A program made the position numbers and the translations under genes. This document shows, piece after piece, positions 15,121 to 28,261 of a DNA stretch of 64,000 nt (position 1 is the first letter of the stretch; the number at the start of each line of letters is the position of its first letter). Source of the stretch: the human T2T-CHM13v2.0 reference genome, Homo sapiens; the NCBI RefSeq assembly GCF_009914755.1, contig NC_060927.1; one strand, given 5' to 3'. Under the pieces are notes generated by a model. The model was not told the origin of the DNA, ran no database searches, and saw only the letters and a program-made list of their open reading frames with translations.

Positions 15121-15521
15121 CAGTAACATGTACATTTTGTTAAAGGCTTCTAAAGTGCAGATAGCATTCCATGTTACTCAACAGAAGCTGAACTACTTTA
15201 TTTTTGTTGTCTATTTGTGCATGCGCAATCTTTATATGTCTTCCTGGTATTAATTATTCATTTCGTTTATCATTCAAAAGGTTCCAGCCAATAGTATTGT
15301 TACATATTATACCTCTTTTCTTGTCACTAATTTAGAAGCTTTGACTATTAAAAAGAAATTAACCGTACCCATATGATATTCCCTTTAAATATGAGTGCCA
15401 TTGAATAATATACTTTTAACTGGTATTGTTTCTACTCTAAAATACATTGAAAAACTAAAGTTGTTATTTTGGTTCTCCCTTAATTTAAATTATTTTCATT
15501 AGTCCATGAATTATTATAAAT

Positions 15522-15550
15522 TTGTGAGAACTTATTATAAGTTCTCACAA
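15522..15550. repeat. Perfect inverted repeat, 14-bp arms, 1-nt spacer
   Basis: ttgtgagaacttat-t-ataagttctcacaa. Confidence 0.95.
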
Positions 15551-16805
15551 GAGAAGACATTTGTTGCACTTCCCTTCAATGTGTTTAATTCATAATTTTC
15601 AAATTAAGAAATTGATCAAATATTGCTTTCTAAAAAAAGTATGGATTTTATTATACCAATCTTTCTTAGATATGTTTTCTAAATTAAGTGGCCCATGACT
15701 TCTTCTACGGCTAATGAAAATACCATATCCTTTGGCAAGTTGGTGCCGTGAATGTAAGGTTCCTTCCCTAAATATCCACAATCTCACCTCTCTTTATAGA
15801 CGCACTTTGGAGAGCAGATGGGTCGATTCAGACATCATTGTTACTATTTTGAAAAAGAAACAACCAAATCTGCAGTTAACAACAACAACAACAAAAATCT
15901 TTAAATATTTTATGTGCTAAAAATTGAAGCAAAGATAAATGATTTTGTAGGGAAAATTGCTTGTCAATCAGCAAAGTTGAAACCGTCTATAGAGTACCCT
16001 TATAAAGGGGCAAAAGGAAAATTGATTTGAATGTCTTAAATCATCACCATATTGTCTGTCTCTCCATATTCGAATCTTCAAACAATTAGAAAATAAAAGG
16101 CTGGAGTTGTTGACTGTGGATGCTTGAACTTTAATTGCAGCCTTTATTAATCCATAAAGTTTCTCTTACTATTTTCTACATTGAAAAAAAAAAAAAACAG
16201 ATTGATTGAATTTTTTTCTTTTTCTCATTGGGACGCTTGCCTTCTCTTTGTCTCATTGACTAAATATGGATCTAGTGAATCTACTTTAGGACAGTCTTTC
16301 ATTCTCTTGAAATTCTGTGCAAAATTTGGTTTGTTCATGCTTGTCTGTCCTTTGTTCTTGGTGGGGTGCTGGAGAAAAACAGTGTTAGAATTCAAGGGGA
16401 ATCATTTTCTACCCAAAAGCCTAGATAGTACTTTATTAAAATTATTTGCCATATCACAGTGCAAAGGCAAACCCCAAACAGTCCCCAAATACAAATTATT
16501 TTTAAGTAAAATGGTGATGAATATAGTATGTTACATTAATATTACGTTATACTCTGAGTTTTAAAAAATAGGTTCTGCTGAAATTTCAGGAAACTAGTTC
16601 ACAATCTACATATAATTTTGTTACATTTTTATTTTATGTAACATATTTAACTCAATTCTTTCGACAGTATAATACACTAAGAGGAAATAAGTTAGCCACA
16701 TAATTAGCTATCAGCTGTTTTAGAAAAAAAATGTAGTACTGAATTTGTATTTTTCCCTCATAGCTTTGTGTTTGGTGATCCAAACTTTTGTGCCTTATTA
16801 ACCAG

Positions 16806-16854
16806 ACACGCATGCGCGTGCACACGCGCACACACACACACACACACACGCACG
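16806..16854. repeat. Alternating purine-pyrimidine tract (CG/CA microsatellite)
   Basis: acacgcatgcgcgtgcacacgcgc(ac)n gcacg, uninterrupted RY alternation. Confidence 0.9.
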
Positions 16855-17334
16855 ATTTGTTTAAAGTTCAAAGTAACCTTTAAAGGTATTGATTTCTCTC
16901 GCTGACAATTTATTAAAGAACATTCCTTAAACTAACGCTGTCAAAGGCACTTTTATTAACACTAGGACTAACATAAATTGAGAAAGGTTGAAACTCAAGC
17001 TAACAAATATAAAAACATTACTAATAGCTTTTATGTCTGTGCTGATAAAGAGATTAAACTATTAATATTTCCACAGGCTAAAACTTTAGCTTGCACCTTA
17101 GTCAAATTTTTCTTCCATTTATAAAGTATTGCTTTCTCAATAATCCAAGGTGAGATCATAGTTGCTATATGAATTTTTAAGTCATTTGAATATACAAGTT
17201 TCAATGTTTTCATGTATATTATTTTGTCCAACACTGAACACATTAATAGGTCAACTCAAGTAAAAATGAAATCTGTCAACATAGTAAATGCGAGAATTGG
17301 TAAGTATTAATAAGACCAATGCACCGGAATGATT

Positions 17335-17347
17335 ATATGTATAGATA

Positions 17348-17382
<35 letters not shown>

Positions 17383-17451
17383 GTGTGTGTGTATATATAT
17401 GTGTGTGTGTATATATATATGTGTGTGTATGTGTATATATATATGTATATA
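17335..17451. repeat. Compound (TG)n/(TA)n microsatellite
   Basis: Direct reading. Confidence 0.95.
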
Positions 17452-17516
17452 GACAATTCCTGAAGCTTTAGTTTACCAAAATGCTTTGAGGTAAACTGAA
17501 AGATAATGAGGTATTC

Positions 17517-17820
17517 GGCCTGGCACGGTGGCTCACTTCTGTAATCCCAGCACTTTTGGAGGCAAAGGAGAGAGGATCCCTTGAATCCAGAGGTTGGAGG
17601 CGAGCTTAGGCAACTTGGGAAGACCCCATCTCTACTAAAAATACAAAAAAATTGGCCTGGCATAGTGATGTTCACCTGTAGTCCCAGCTAGTGGGATGCT
17701 GAGGTGGGAAGATCAACCTGAGCCCAGGAGGTCAAGGCTGCAGTGAGCCAAGATCGCATGACTGCACTCCAGCATGGGTGAAATGTAAGATCCTATGTTA
17801 AACACAAACAAAAAAACAAT
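17517..17820 (+). mobile_element. Alu (AluJ-like)
   Basis: Dimeric Alu with gagcccaggaggtcaaggctgcagtgagcc J-type right arm; diverged. Confidence 0.9.
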
Positions 17821-19764
17821 AAAAGCATCCAACAATGATGGCAAGCACAACTGCATTACTAGACTTAGTATTTAAATAGGTGAACAATTTCCTATTACCT
17901 CTAGGAAATTGAATTATGGAAGTGTGTGCATATGCCTGTGAAAGTGAAACTGATTGAAACCTACAGATAAGGGATTTGAATTATAATGAAAAAAAAAAAA
18001 ACTGTTTTCTAATTGCAGTTATTTTTACGTCCCTGCTTAGGCTTCCAAGAGAGAAAGTTTCAATTTTTTGATCAGAATCACTATCCTAACAAACTGGATT
18101 ACTAGAAGCACTCTCACATCCTCAAATATTGATTGTCATAACATGCAGAAAGGAGGCAAATGTTGAAATGACTGACAAGTGAAGCATGGACAAGGGAATG
18201 TGACTAGAAGAGATCAGAGTAGTTGTGTACATAGCTAAAACAAAATAAGAAAAATTTCATACAAGTTAATTAAAATATAAAAATTATTATAAATTGTAAA
18301 AATGTCATAGTAGAAAGACAAAAATGCAAAGAATGTGCATCATACATTGTTTTAGATTAAGGAAATGTGATTACAGGATAATAATTACAGTCAGAAAAAC
18401 AATCGTGCTGTGTATTAGGTATGATATTCCTTAATACACTTTTCAGTATTAACTTAGTCATTTAAAAAGTTATACTGGTTATCTTTAACTCACACTACCC
18501 TGTGAAAATATAATAGGGTGATTGAAATTTAGAAACTTTTGAATCAAAGGAAAAATTAAAGTTCATCATTACAGTGGAAAATTTTAATAAGTGAGTACTC
18601 TGGCCTGGAGCAGGACTATTTGAGTGATCATGTTAGCAACATTTCTATCTATAAATTAGAGAGGATTATAATAGTGCTAAAATAAAATCATTCAAGCAGA
18701 GTCTTGTTTTCATAAACAGTTCCACAAGCTGAGTGGTAATATCACATGTATATTATTGTTATGCCTGCAGAGCTGGGTGATAATGGTTTTGACAATAATT
18801 CATGGTATGTTTTAGGATGTAGAAGCAATAAAATATTGATCATCAGCATGTACAGCCATTATTCAGAAGATTAGATCAATTTATGAGAGGCAATAACTTG
18901 TAAACGAGTGACCTTCCAAAGGCCAAAAGTAATTCCAAGGTAAAATCCCTGCATATCTAGGGCTCCAGATGAATCCCATGTTACTAAAAGTCAGATATTT
19001 AAATAAAATATAGTTTGAGCTCAAATCTTACACTAAGTTATATGAGACTTGCTCCTCTACAAATATAACATTAAAAATATTGTAATTCTTCAATAGCGTA
19101 TATGGGAAGTTAAAGATTTATAGTTAGATTTTTAAGATAAATACCTTTTAAACTCAAAGGGGGGAAAAAGCCAAGAAAGACAAAGTTTTAAATATACCAT
19201 TTAGTGTGATCAAGTGAACTAATACATTTATAGAGGAAAGGACTTATCTAAAAACATGAAAATAAAGACAACAGATGACTGAACAAAAACTATTACTGCT
19301 TCTTCATTTGTGAAAATCAAAAAGAATGGCATTTAGTTTTCAAAACATAAAGTGATGTAAAATACTTCCTATGTGTTTTGATTCAGTGTAAACTTTTAAA
19401 TTGATTCATTAGACAACTATCTACTTTAAATTATAATTAACTCATATATCTATGTGAGATAGTCTCAGTTATCAACACCCAGAGGAAGGAAAGTCTATTT
19501 AACTTACTTCTGGCAACAGCACTATAGTATCTACAGACAGACAATTCATTGAGCATTCTATTTTTTCTGGGCTTCCTAAATTTAATGTTCTCTTCTGGCC
19601 TTTTGTAATGATTTCAGAGACTAAATTGCTCAATACAAGTTTGCAGACTAGAAAAAAAAAATTAAGTGGAATTAAAAAACACTATTTAACATGGAAGTCA
19701 AACTGTAAAATGAAAAATACTATCCTTGTTTTAAAGTCATTCTTAATGAAAAGAAAAATTTATT

Positions 19765-19863
19765 AGTGGGTGCAGCGCACCAGCATGGCACATGTATACA
19801 TAATGTAACTAACCTGCACATTGTGCACATGTACCCTAAAACTTAAAGTACAATAATAATAAT
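19765..19863 (+). mobile_element. 99-bp L1PA2-like 3' terminus with 16-bp TSD
   Basis: agtgggtgcagcgcaccagcatggcacatgtatac...cctaaaacttaaagtacaataat. TSD aaaagaaaaatttatt at 19749-19764 and 19864-19879. Confidence 0.92.
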
Positions 19864-20761
19864 AAAAGAAAAATTTATTTACAAAGATGTCAAGATCCAT
19901 ACATTAAATATTAAAGACCTTTGTTAAATATATACATTTGATACCTCAAAGAGAATAAATATTCAAAATTCAATGAAAACTAATCTTATCTGTCAGTATT
20001 TACATAAACATAACACATCCTTTTTCTGATTAGATGAAACACTTCAATCTGATGCACATAGTTATAAATAATAAACTGAATATTCATGACATAATTATAG
20101 AAATGTTAAATTTTACCTGTATTATATAATTTTTAACATTGCCATGTCAAATTAATAAAAACTAAGAGAAGGTGTGTTTAGGTAATATATATATAATAAA
20201 CATGTATTGTCCATTTATAAAATTTTAGCTGAAACTATGCTTATCTTTTTTTAAGACAAATTATCACATGGCATCAAAGAGAAAAAGGATGGTCTTCTGA
20301 AATAATAAAATGCAATCTTAATCATAACTATTTTATGACATATGTAGATTATATCCTCAACTATGAAACCATTTGTCAAGTTAAGGAAGAAGTAGTAAAA
20401 CAAGAGTAAAAGTTAGAAACATAGAAATTAATTTTTAAGCAAGAAAAACAGAGAAAGGCCAAATTCATAATATTCAGTTAAATATCTGAAATGTAATTTT
20501 TGTTTTTCTGGCAGAAAATAGACTGGTTTGGTCCGGGAGGCCTCGTACTTTTTTAAATCACACTGCATAGACCATGTCTTACCTAACCTACAATCAGATA
20601 CGCAATATAAGATTAGAAAAATCCTGTGGTGGGTGCAGCGTGGAGGTAGAATGGATTAGCATAGTGTGGGAAACATTATAATAAGTTTTCGAGTCAGACA
20701 ATGCAAAGTGGCTTCAAATCCTGGCTCTGCTCATTTTTAAAATATAAATAATACACATGTA

Positions 20762-21028
20762 TTTTTTTGAGACAGGGTCTTGTTCTGCCATGCAAGCTGG
20801 AGTGCAGCGGCGAGATCATGGCTCACTGCAGCCTCCATCGGCTGGCTCAAGAGGTCCTCCTGCCTCGTCTTCCCGAGTGGCTGGGACTACAGGCATGTGT
20901 CACCATGGCTGGAAAATTTTTAAATATTTTGTAGAGATGAGAAACCCTATCTTGCCCATGCTGGCTGGTCTGGAACTCCTGGGATCAAGCAATCCTCCTT
21001 CTTCTGCCTCTCAAGTTCTGGGATGACA
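20762..21028 (-). mobile_element. Alu (AluJ-like), lacking its first ~20 nt
   Basis: tttgagacagggtcttg...gctcactgcagcctcc...caagcaatcctcc. Confidence 0.9.
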
Positions 21029-22087
21029 AAATTTTTTTTCACAATTTTTTAAGGGTTGAGTAAAATCAGTGTAGAAAACAAATAGTGAGTGCTCAATAAA
21101 TGGAATTTATTGATAGTAAATGTATTATTTGTCACCAGAAATTAAAGATACAGTAGATTAGATATATGACAGTCTTCAATTATATTTATTATTCATTTAT
21201 TACAGTTTGCTTACAAAATTTATCCTCAATTATCAATGGCTAATTAACGCAACAGTGAAGGCAGATTATTAAAACAAATATTCATATGGGACAATTCCAC
21301 AAAGTAGTTCTTTAATTAAATATAAATGTGAAATTATCGATGGTTTAAAGAACATGACAAATTACCAACACATTCAATTAGGGGTAGCTTTCAGCTCCAG
21401 TTTAAACCAGTTCATTTTTTAATTTCTGCAGCCACCTCCAAACAATCTGCTGGTCACTTCATTAAAATTACCTTAACTCTTCAGTAAATACTTGCCAAAA
21501 TGTCTCCTTTGATCAATCAAAAACCCAAGATATGATAATTTTAAAAATATTACAGCAAATTCAACTAAATAAAGACTCAATGAAGAGCAACAGGTAAAAA
21601 CAATATGCTATGGAATTTGGCTTTGTTTGGTTAACCCATGGTGAACATGTATATATTACCTACGATCATGAAGCACAAATTGCAACTATCCAGGGAAACT
21701 CTAGACAGAGGATCACTTGTTTCCATTGAGTCCATGGATTTCCTGTACTCAAAGAATTGTACAATGAATATATCTTTAAAAAAATTTTAGGGTGGTTATG
21801 TTGAAGCAGGTCGCTTATAAGTGTTGTTGTCATATAATCAATTTTTCAAGTAATATGATATATTCATATAAAATAATGATATATCTCTGAGTCTATCAGA
21901 CATTTCTGGGCTCAGTGTTTCCTCATTTTAATACAGCACTTTCAATATTTCCTCTGGTTCCATTGCTTCTAATCTTTCAACTGGATCACGCGTTTACATA
22001 CATTCTACTTGTCCACATTACTATCTGTTTGTGTTTTTCGTGCACCTAACCCTTTTCCTAGCTTTTATTCCAATTTAATGACTCTTG

Positions 22088-22136
22088 AAATTTTGCTACC
22101 ATAAATTTTGCTACCATAAATTTTGCTACCATAAAT
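22088..22136. repeat. Perfect 15-bp tandem repeat x3.3 (aaattttgctaccat)
   Basis: Direct reading. Confidence 0.95.
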
Positions 22137-22796
22137 ACTATAAAATTTTATTTTTCTTTTTTTAGTAGTCAATCAAAACATACTATAAATTAATAGCCTA
22201 ACATAACTAATATCATCATAAAATTCAATTAAGTCAATTAAGTCCAGTGGCAATTCCGCTTACCAAGTATTATTGTAGTCATCTTTACTTTTACTTTTTA
22301 TTGTTTACTTTAATCAGACTGCATATATACATCTAAGGTTATCTAACACTATGTTTTGTTTGTTTCCATTAATAATTTCTTTAGTTGATATTTGTGGATC
22401 TGTGACTTTTACATCAAGTTAGTACACTCAGGTTTACCATATAATAAATTTAATTAAATGTATCCCTTAATAAACTATAGTTTTATGTTCCACCTGTAAA
22501 TCAAAGTGCATTATGACATATCATGATAGTGAATCAAATTTTATTTATAATTGAACTCCTCCAAAAGTCACAATCAACTAAACACAAACAAAAAAATTAT
22601 GCTTTTTTAAAACAGACAAAATAAAACTAAAAACATAACTTCCTACCAGACAGCAACAAACCAAACTTTCTCTTGGCCAATTCTAGTAAACATTTCAATA
22701 TCTCATTACATGTTTCCTTAGACCACTGATTTTCAAATATTTTTTTGCAATCAGCATACATTTTCTGTCTTTGTGTTTTTAAACAAGGAAATGAAA

Positions 22797-23321
22797 ACAA
22801 ATATATATATATAACAAATATATATATAAATATATATAACAAATATATATAAATATATATATAACAAATATATATAAATATATATAACATATATATAAAT
22901 ATATATAACATATATATAAATATATATATAACAAATATATATATATAACAAATATATATAAATATATATAACAAATATATATAAATATATATAACAAATA
23001 TATATATAAATATATATAACAAATATATATAAATATATATATAACATATATATAAATATATATAACCAATATATATAAATATGTATATAACAAATATATA
23101 TAAATATAGATAACAAATATATATAAATATAGATAACAAATATATATATAAATATATATATAACAAATATATATAAATATATATAACAAATACATATATA
23201 AATATATATAACAAATATATAAATATATATAACAAATATATATAAATATATATAACAAATATATATAAATATATATAACAAATATATATAAATATATATA
23301 ACAAATTTTATATATATATAT
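22797..23321. repeat. AT-rich minisatellite, unit about ACAAATATATATAAATATATATA (about 21-27 bp)
   Basis: About 520 bp of almost pure A/T with periodic acaa; source of three spurious YI-rich ORFs. Confidence 0.95.
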
Positions 23322-25074
23322 AATTTTCTTGTTGTAAAGTACTTCACCAACACTGTAGAAACAGAGGAAAATTCTCCTTATACCAAGATGCCTAAAGGAA
23401 AAAATGTTAGTGAATAGGCATTCTTCTATTTGTTTCATGGCATTCTTCCAAGTACTAGATTATTTTTGTGACATATTTAAGTGTTTTAACATAGTCATCT
23501 TGCTAAACAATCTCGTAATAATTACAATAAAATCATCATTGTAGTCTAAAAATATATCACAGTGTTTACAACAAGCATTCACAATTGTCATATGTTTCCC
23601 TTGTTTGCCCTGAAGCATCATGTCACTGTTTGAGTAGAACCAACAGTTGTAACCTGGCTCTCTTACATAACTCCAAGGCAAATTCCTACATATTCTGTTG
23701 AATTTTAGTTATTTTCTTTGATTTCTTTGATTTGAATTTGATGTGAAGTTATATCACATCTGTTTGTCATAACATATTATGACTTCTCTATACAGCTTAA
23801 AATTTTCTCTCACTAAATACTGTATCACCTGACATTATACATTGAATAGTCTGCTGAGACATTTGAACGGGGTTAAATACAGTATGTAAGACTCGCTATT
23901 CTGAAGAAGTTAATTATATTTATATTCATTAACCACATTAAAATTTATCTCTTGCATGCCATGATGTTTTTTCTTTTAACTCCTCCATGAATCTGGAGCA
24001 ATTCTCCTTTCCAAACATTCTATTTTCAGTCATTGACTTCATCATCCAGGCTCAAAATCAGCAGATAATCTTTCACCCATCTACAATTTTCAATCCTGTC
24101 CATATTTCCAAAATCTTACCAGTATATACGTTTTAAAAGTAATAATAGCTACTCTTTATTCATTGCCTTCAATATACAGGACATTGTACTAGATACTTTA
24201 CAATCTTTATTTAAACTGTACACCACCAGCACAAAGTAAATATTGTCTAGTTTAAGAAAACAAAACAAAGAAAAAAAAATCATTTCAAGTTTCCCAAGTT
24301 TAAACATTTCACACGGCTGGTAGAAGTATGACACTAAAACCAATGCTTTTGGTTAACATTGCCCAGTTTATTTGCTGTAAATAAAGTAATCTGTTAAAAT
24401 GGATGATCATATACACACTTGGTGAAAGCTTACAAAAATGAAATGGGAAAAAAAGGTAGTTCATCTTCAAAAGAGACAGCTGGGTACAAATAGAAAATGA
24501 ATTCAGAAAAAGATTAATTCTAAACCTTGTGTTTGAAACTTGAATAAATCATCTGCCCTATGGTCATTATAAATTAGTTCCAGATTATTCTATAGTTTGT
24601 AGAGCTGCTTCTGTGAACATCCAGAGAACGTTAACAATTTGGCCAACATCGACTTGTTCCATCTATAACAATAACACTTCTGAATTGGCCCACCTATCCT
24701 CATCAAACTCCTTGTTTCTTAAACATCTTTTCTTTTTACATAAATTGTCTCTGGTCTATGTTTTCAATCTTAATTTTTGTTTGTCCTGTTTTAACTATAT
24801 TTAATATTTTAAGACTTCAAGACTGAATTTTGTGATTACACAATACAAGTTTACAATTAACATGTAAAATAAAAAAATGTTATTTGTAATGTTGACAAAA
24901 ATAATAGGAATATTACCATTTTCACATTTGATTCTCATTCCACACATCAGGGCTACAAAAGATATTCTTTTTAGCGTCATTTATTTACACTGAAGACATT
25001 ACAAGGGGGCTTTTATTCTACATGTTCATGTCTTATGTAAACTATATTATGTAAAAAGAGAAAATATTAAGTAT

Positions 25075-25437
25075 TTAAAATTCTTGGGAATAAATCTAAG
25101 TGACCTTGTGTTTAGCGAAGAGTTTTTGGTATAACACCAAAAGCATGATCCATGAAATAAGCAAAATTGATATATTGGACTTCATTGAAATGAAAAAACT
25201 TCTGCCCTGCAAAAGGCAATGTAAGGAGGATAAAGATATAAGGTAAATACTGGAAGAAAATATTTGCTAAAAAGGTATTTGGATAAAGGATTTGAATGCC
25301 AAATTTACAAAGAACTGGCTGGGCGTGGTGGGTCATACCTGTAATCCCAGCACTATGGGAGGCCAAGGCGGGCAGGTCACTTGAGGTCAAGAATTTGAGA
25401 CCAGTCTGACCAACATGAAGAAATCCTGTCTTTACTA

Positions 25438-25487
<50 letters not shown>

Positions 25488-25985
25488 TGCTGGGCATGGT
25501 GGCGGGAGCCTGTAATCCCTGCTACTCAAGAGGCTGATGCAGGAGAATCGCTTGAACTCGGGAGGCAGAGGTTGCAGTGAGCGGAGAGCGCGCCACCGCC
25601 CTCCAGCCTGGAAGACAGAGGGAGACTCTGTCTCAAAACAAAAAAACAAAAAACAAAAAAACCCAAAAAACAAAAAACTCTTAATAAGTAGACAACCAAC
25701 CCCCCAAAAAGTGGGCAAAAAGTCTGAACAAATAAATACCTCACCAAAGAACAAATACAGATGACACATAAACTTAATAATATTATATACAATTAAGGAA
25801 TTAAAAATTTAAATCACGAGATACTACTTACACATCTATTAGATAGCTAAAATCCCAAACACTGACAACACCAATTTCTCAGAAAGATATAGAGCAACAG
25901 GAACTTTTATACATTACTTGCAGGTATGAAAAATGATACATAAACAGTTTGACAGTCTTATAAAGCTAAACTTAGTCTTACAATA
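25075..25985 (+). mobile_element. Ancient L1M (L1MC/MD-like) ORF2 3' fragment, interrupted by an Alu
   Basis: acaccaaaagcatgatccatgaaa...ttggacttcattgaaatg...ggaagaaaatatttgc and aaaagtgggcaaaa...cctcaccaaagaa. Confidence 0.75.
25317..25678 (+). mobile_element. Alu (AluS-like) with an (AC)21 expansion in the central linker
   Basis: Alu arms around (ac)n at 25441-25482; flanks acaaagaact / acaaaaaact as degenerate TSD. Confidence 0.93.
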
Positions 25986-26769
25986 AAAGTATTTTGGTGG
26001 AAAAATACAATAAAACTAAAGTTGTAAGTGTATGATGCCAAAAATAAGATTCAATGAAACAAGTTTCACTTTATTAGCAAAATTGATTCAGTGAATATAA
26101 TCAACATATTAGTCAGTTGCTGGTTGATTAAGGAGTAATATTGCCTTCTCATTAGTATTGGTCAATTTTTATTATATCCACCATTTAATTGGGAAATACT
26201 TAGCACTATTTAATTGACAAATCTCCTGTCTGTATATAATTATGTTTTAGTACAGTTTTGAAAGTAAAGTATAATAAAGTCAGTTGTTGTTATTCAATTG
26301 ACATTACTTAGACCCAGCAAACTTGTGGTGAAACAGCACAGTGTCTACTGGAGCTATATTTTTTCTACCCAGAATGCCTGCAGAAAAAATGTATACAGCT
26401 GCCTAATAATCATAATATGCATTTCAGCTCAGTGCATACTAAAAAATTTCCTGTCACGATGGTAAGATTTTAAGAGAATTTGCTTGGTTTTCTAATGAAC
26501 AGGTTTCTGAACCTGAGAAAGACACTTCCATTTGGAAGAAAAAAGTGAGCTTGTAAATGGATGAATTTTAACCACAATTGTATCACTATACTACATTTTT
26601 CATTATGTTTGCCACGTTTGTGGCTTTAAAATAATAATCTATTAAGAACTAGTTGCCAGTGAACATTCGTACGCTTATGTTTAATAGCTTTGAGGAGCTT
26701 GCGGATTATGTCAGCTCAATTTCCCTCTATATATTGTATTTTATCAATACAAAGACCCTTCCTTAAAAA

Positions 26770-27390
26770 ACATTTTGACTCTGAAGTCTTATATTAGATG
26801 GCATCTTGCAATCACTATGGGCCAGGCAGTAATTTTGATGTGACTGGCATTGACTGTGATGTGATTACTTGGTCATAACTGTTCATATTGTCATTTCAGT
26901 TATGTGCATTATTAGGAATACACAAGTTGAGCTTAATTGTCATTTAAAATGTATTCTATAATTCCAGTATAATTGAAAATTGTCGGTAAATGTTATTGTT
27001 ATTTGAAGCTTAGAAACAAAATTTCAGCCTTAGATTTGACATTTGTGAAGGAAATATTTATTGTTCAAGGGATGGTCACAGACTTACAGGTTCTTGTGAA
27101 GCAGAAATTATGCTACTTAAGAAAGGAAGACACCCTTAGGTAGAAGAAAGTGTCTATTTCCTGAGAAATTTCAAAAGAGTTGCTTGTCATCTACCAAACT
27201 AGATGCAAGAGAAATTGCCAACTCTTTTGGAAAGGATGAAAGAAACTTCAAAGCAATGAGAGATTGGTCCGACTAATGTATTACATGGAAGTATCCTTAA
27301 CTTATTGTGTCATGGGTTAATTGGCAGTTATATTCTTTTCTTGGCCATACATAATGATGCATCTTAGAATCATTGTCTTGTATTCAGTTT
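26770..27390. mobile_element. Possible ancient TcMar (Kanga-like) DNA transposon remnant
   Basis: gatggcatcttgcaatc and ataatgatgcatcttagaatc resemble recalled Kanga subterminal motifs; heavily degraded. Confidence 0.35.
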
Positions 27391-27912
27391 ATTAAAAGAA
27401 CATGGAATCAGCTTTCTTTAAATTATTAAAGAAAAGTAACACAACTTTTTACAGTAACTATCTAGAAGCCTGAATTTCTCAACATATTAGAAAAGAAAAA
27501 GGCAAGAAAAGAAATAAAATGTGCAGTGAAAGAGATAGGAAAAAAGTGATTAGAGTCACAAAGTTACGAGGAAAACCTATGGCTCCAGTGAGCAATGATA
27601 CCTCATGGACAAGGGCAGCAGCACAGGGGATGACTTAGCTCCTCATTCCAGTTCATTGTATTAGTGATGCTATGCTTGTATGCCTCTGCTTGAGTTGCAT
27701 GTCAAGCTAAGAACTTAAACAAGATAAAACATTGAAATAAAGTTGAAAGGCCATTTAGATGGAAAAATGATAAATTATATATTCTATAGAGTTATTTTCA
27801 TATACAAGGAATTCAGTCATTTGTGTAGATACATCGCCCTACTAACCTGGTAATTCAGAGAATGACTATTAACACTGATGGAAAAATGTCATGTCATAAT
27901 AAATCTTATCCC

Positions 27913-28261
27913 AGCCAGGCTCAGTGGCTCATGCCTGTAATCCCAGCACTTTGAGAGGCCTAAGCTGGCAGATCACATGAGGCCAGGATTTTGACTCCAG
28001 CCTGACAAACGTGGTGAAACCCTTTCTCTACTAAAAACAAAAAAAAATTAGCCAGGAATGGTGGTGCACATCTGTAATTTCAGCTATTCGGGAGGCGGAG
28101 GCAGGAGAATCACTTGGACCCTTGAGCCCAGGAGGCAAAGGTTGCAGTGAGCCGAGATCACACCATTGCACTCCAGCCTGGGCAACAGAGCGAGACTCTG
28201 TGTCAATAAATAAATAAATAAACACACAAACAAATAAATAAATAAAATAAATAAAATAATC
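27913..28261 (+). mobile_element. Alu (AluS-like) with (TAAA)n tail and 13-bp TSD
   Basis: TSD ataaatcttatcc at 27899-27911 and 28262-28274. Confidence 0.95.

Noticed and set aside
16181-16564. 127-aa plus-strand ORF
   Set aside because: Starts at a non-ATG codon before an A run; no recognisable domain or exon boundaries.
22088-22136. Short direct repeats as a CRISPR-like array
   Set aside because: The copies are contiguous with no spacers, and the context is eukaryotic.
22627-23438. Three 200-225 aa ORFs rich in Y/I/F
   Set aside because: They are translations of the AT minisatellite in three frames; low complexity and no gene structure.
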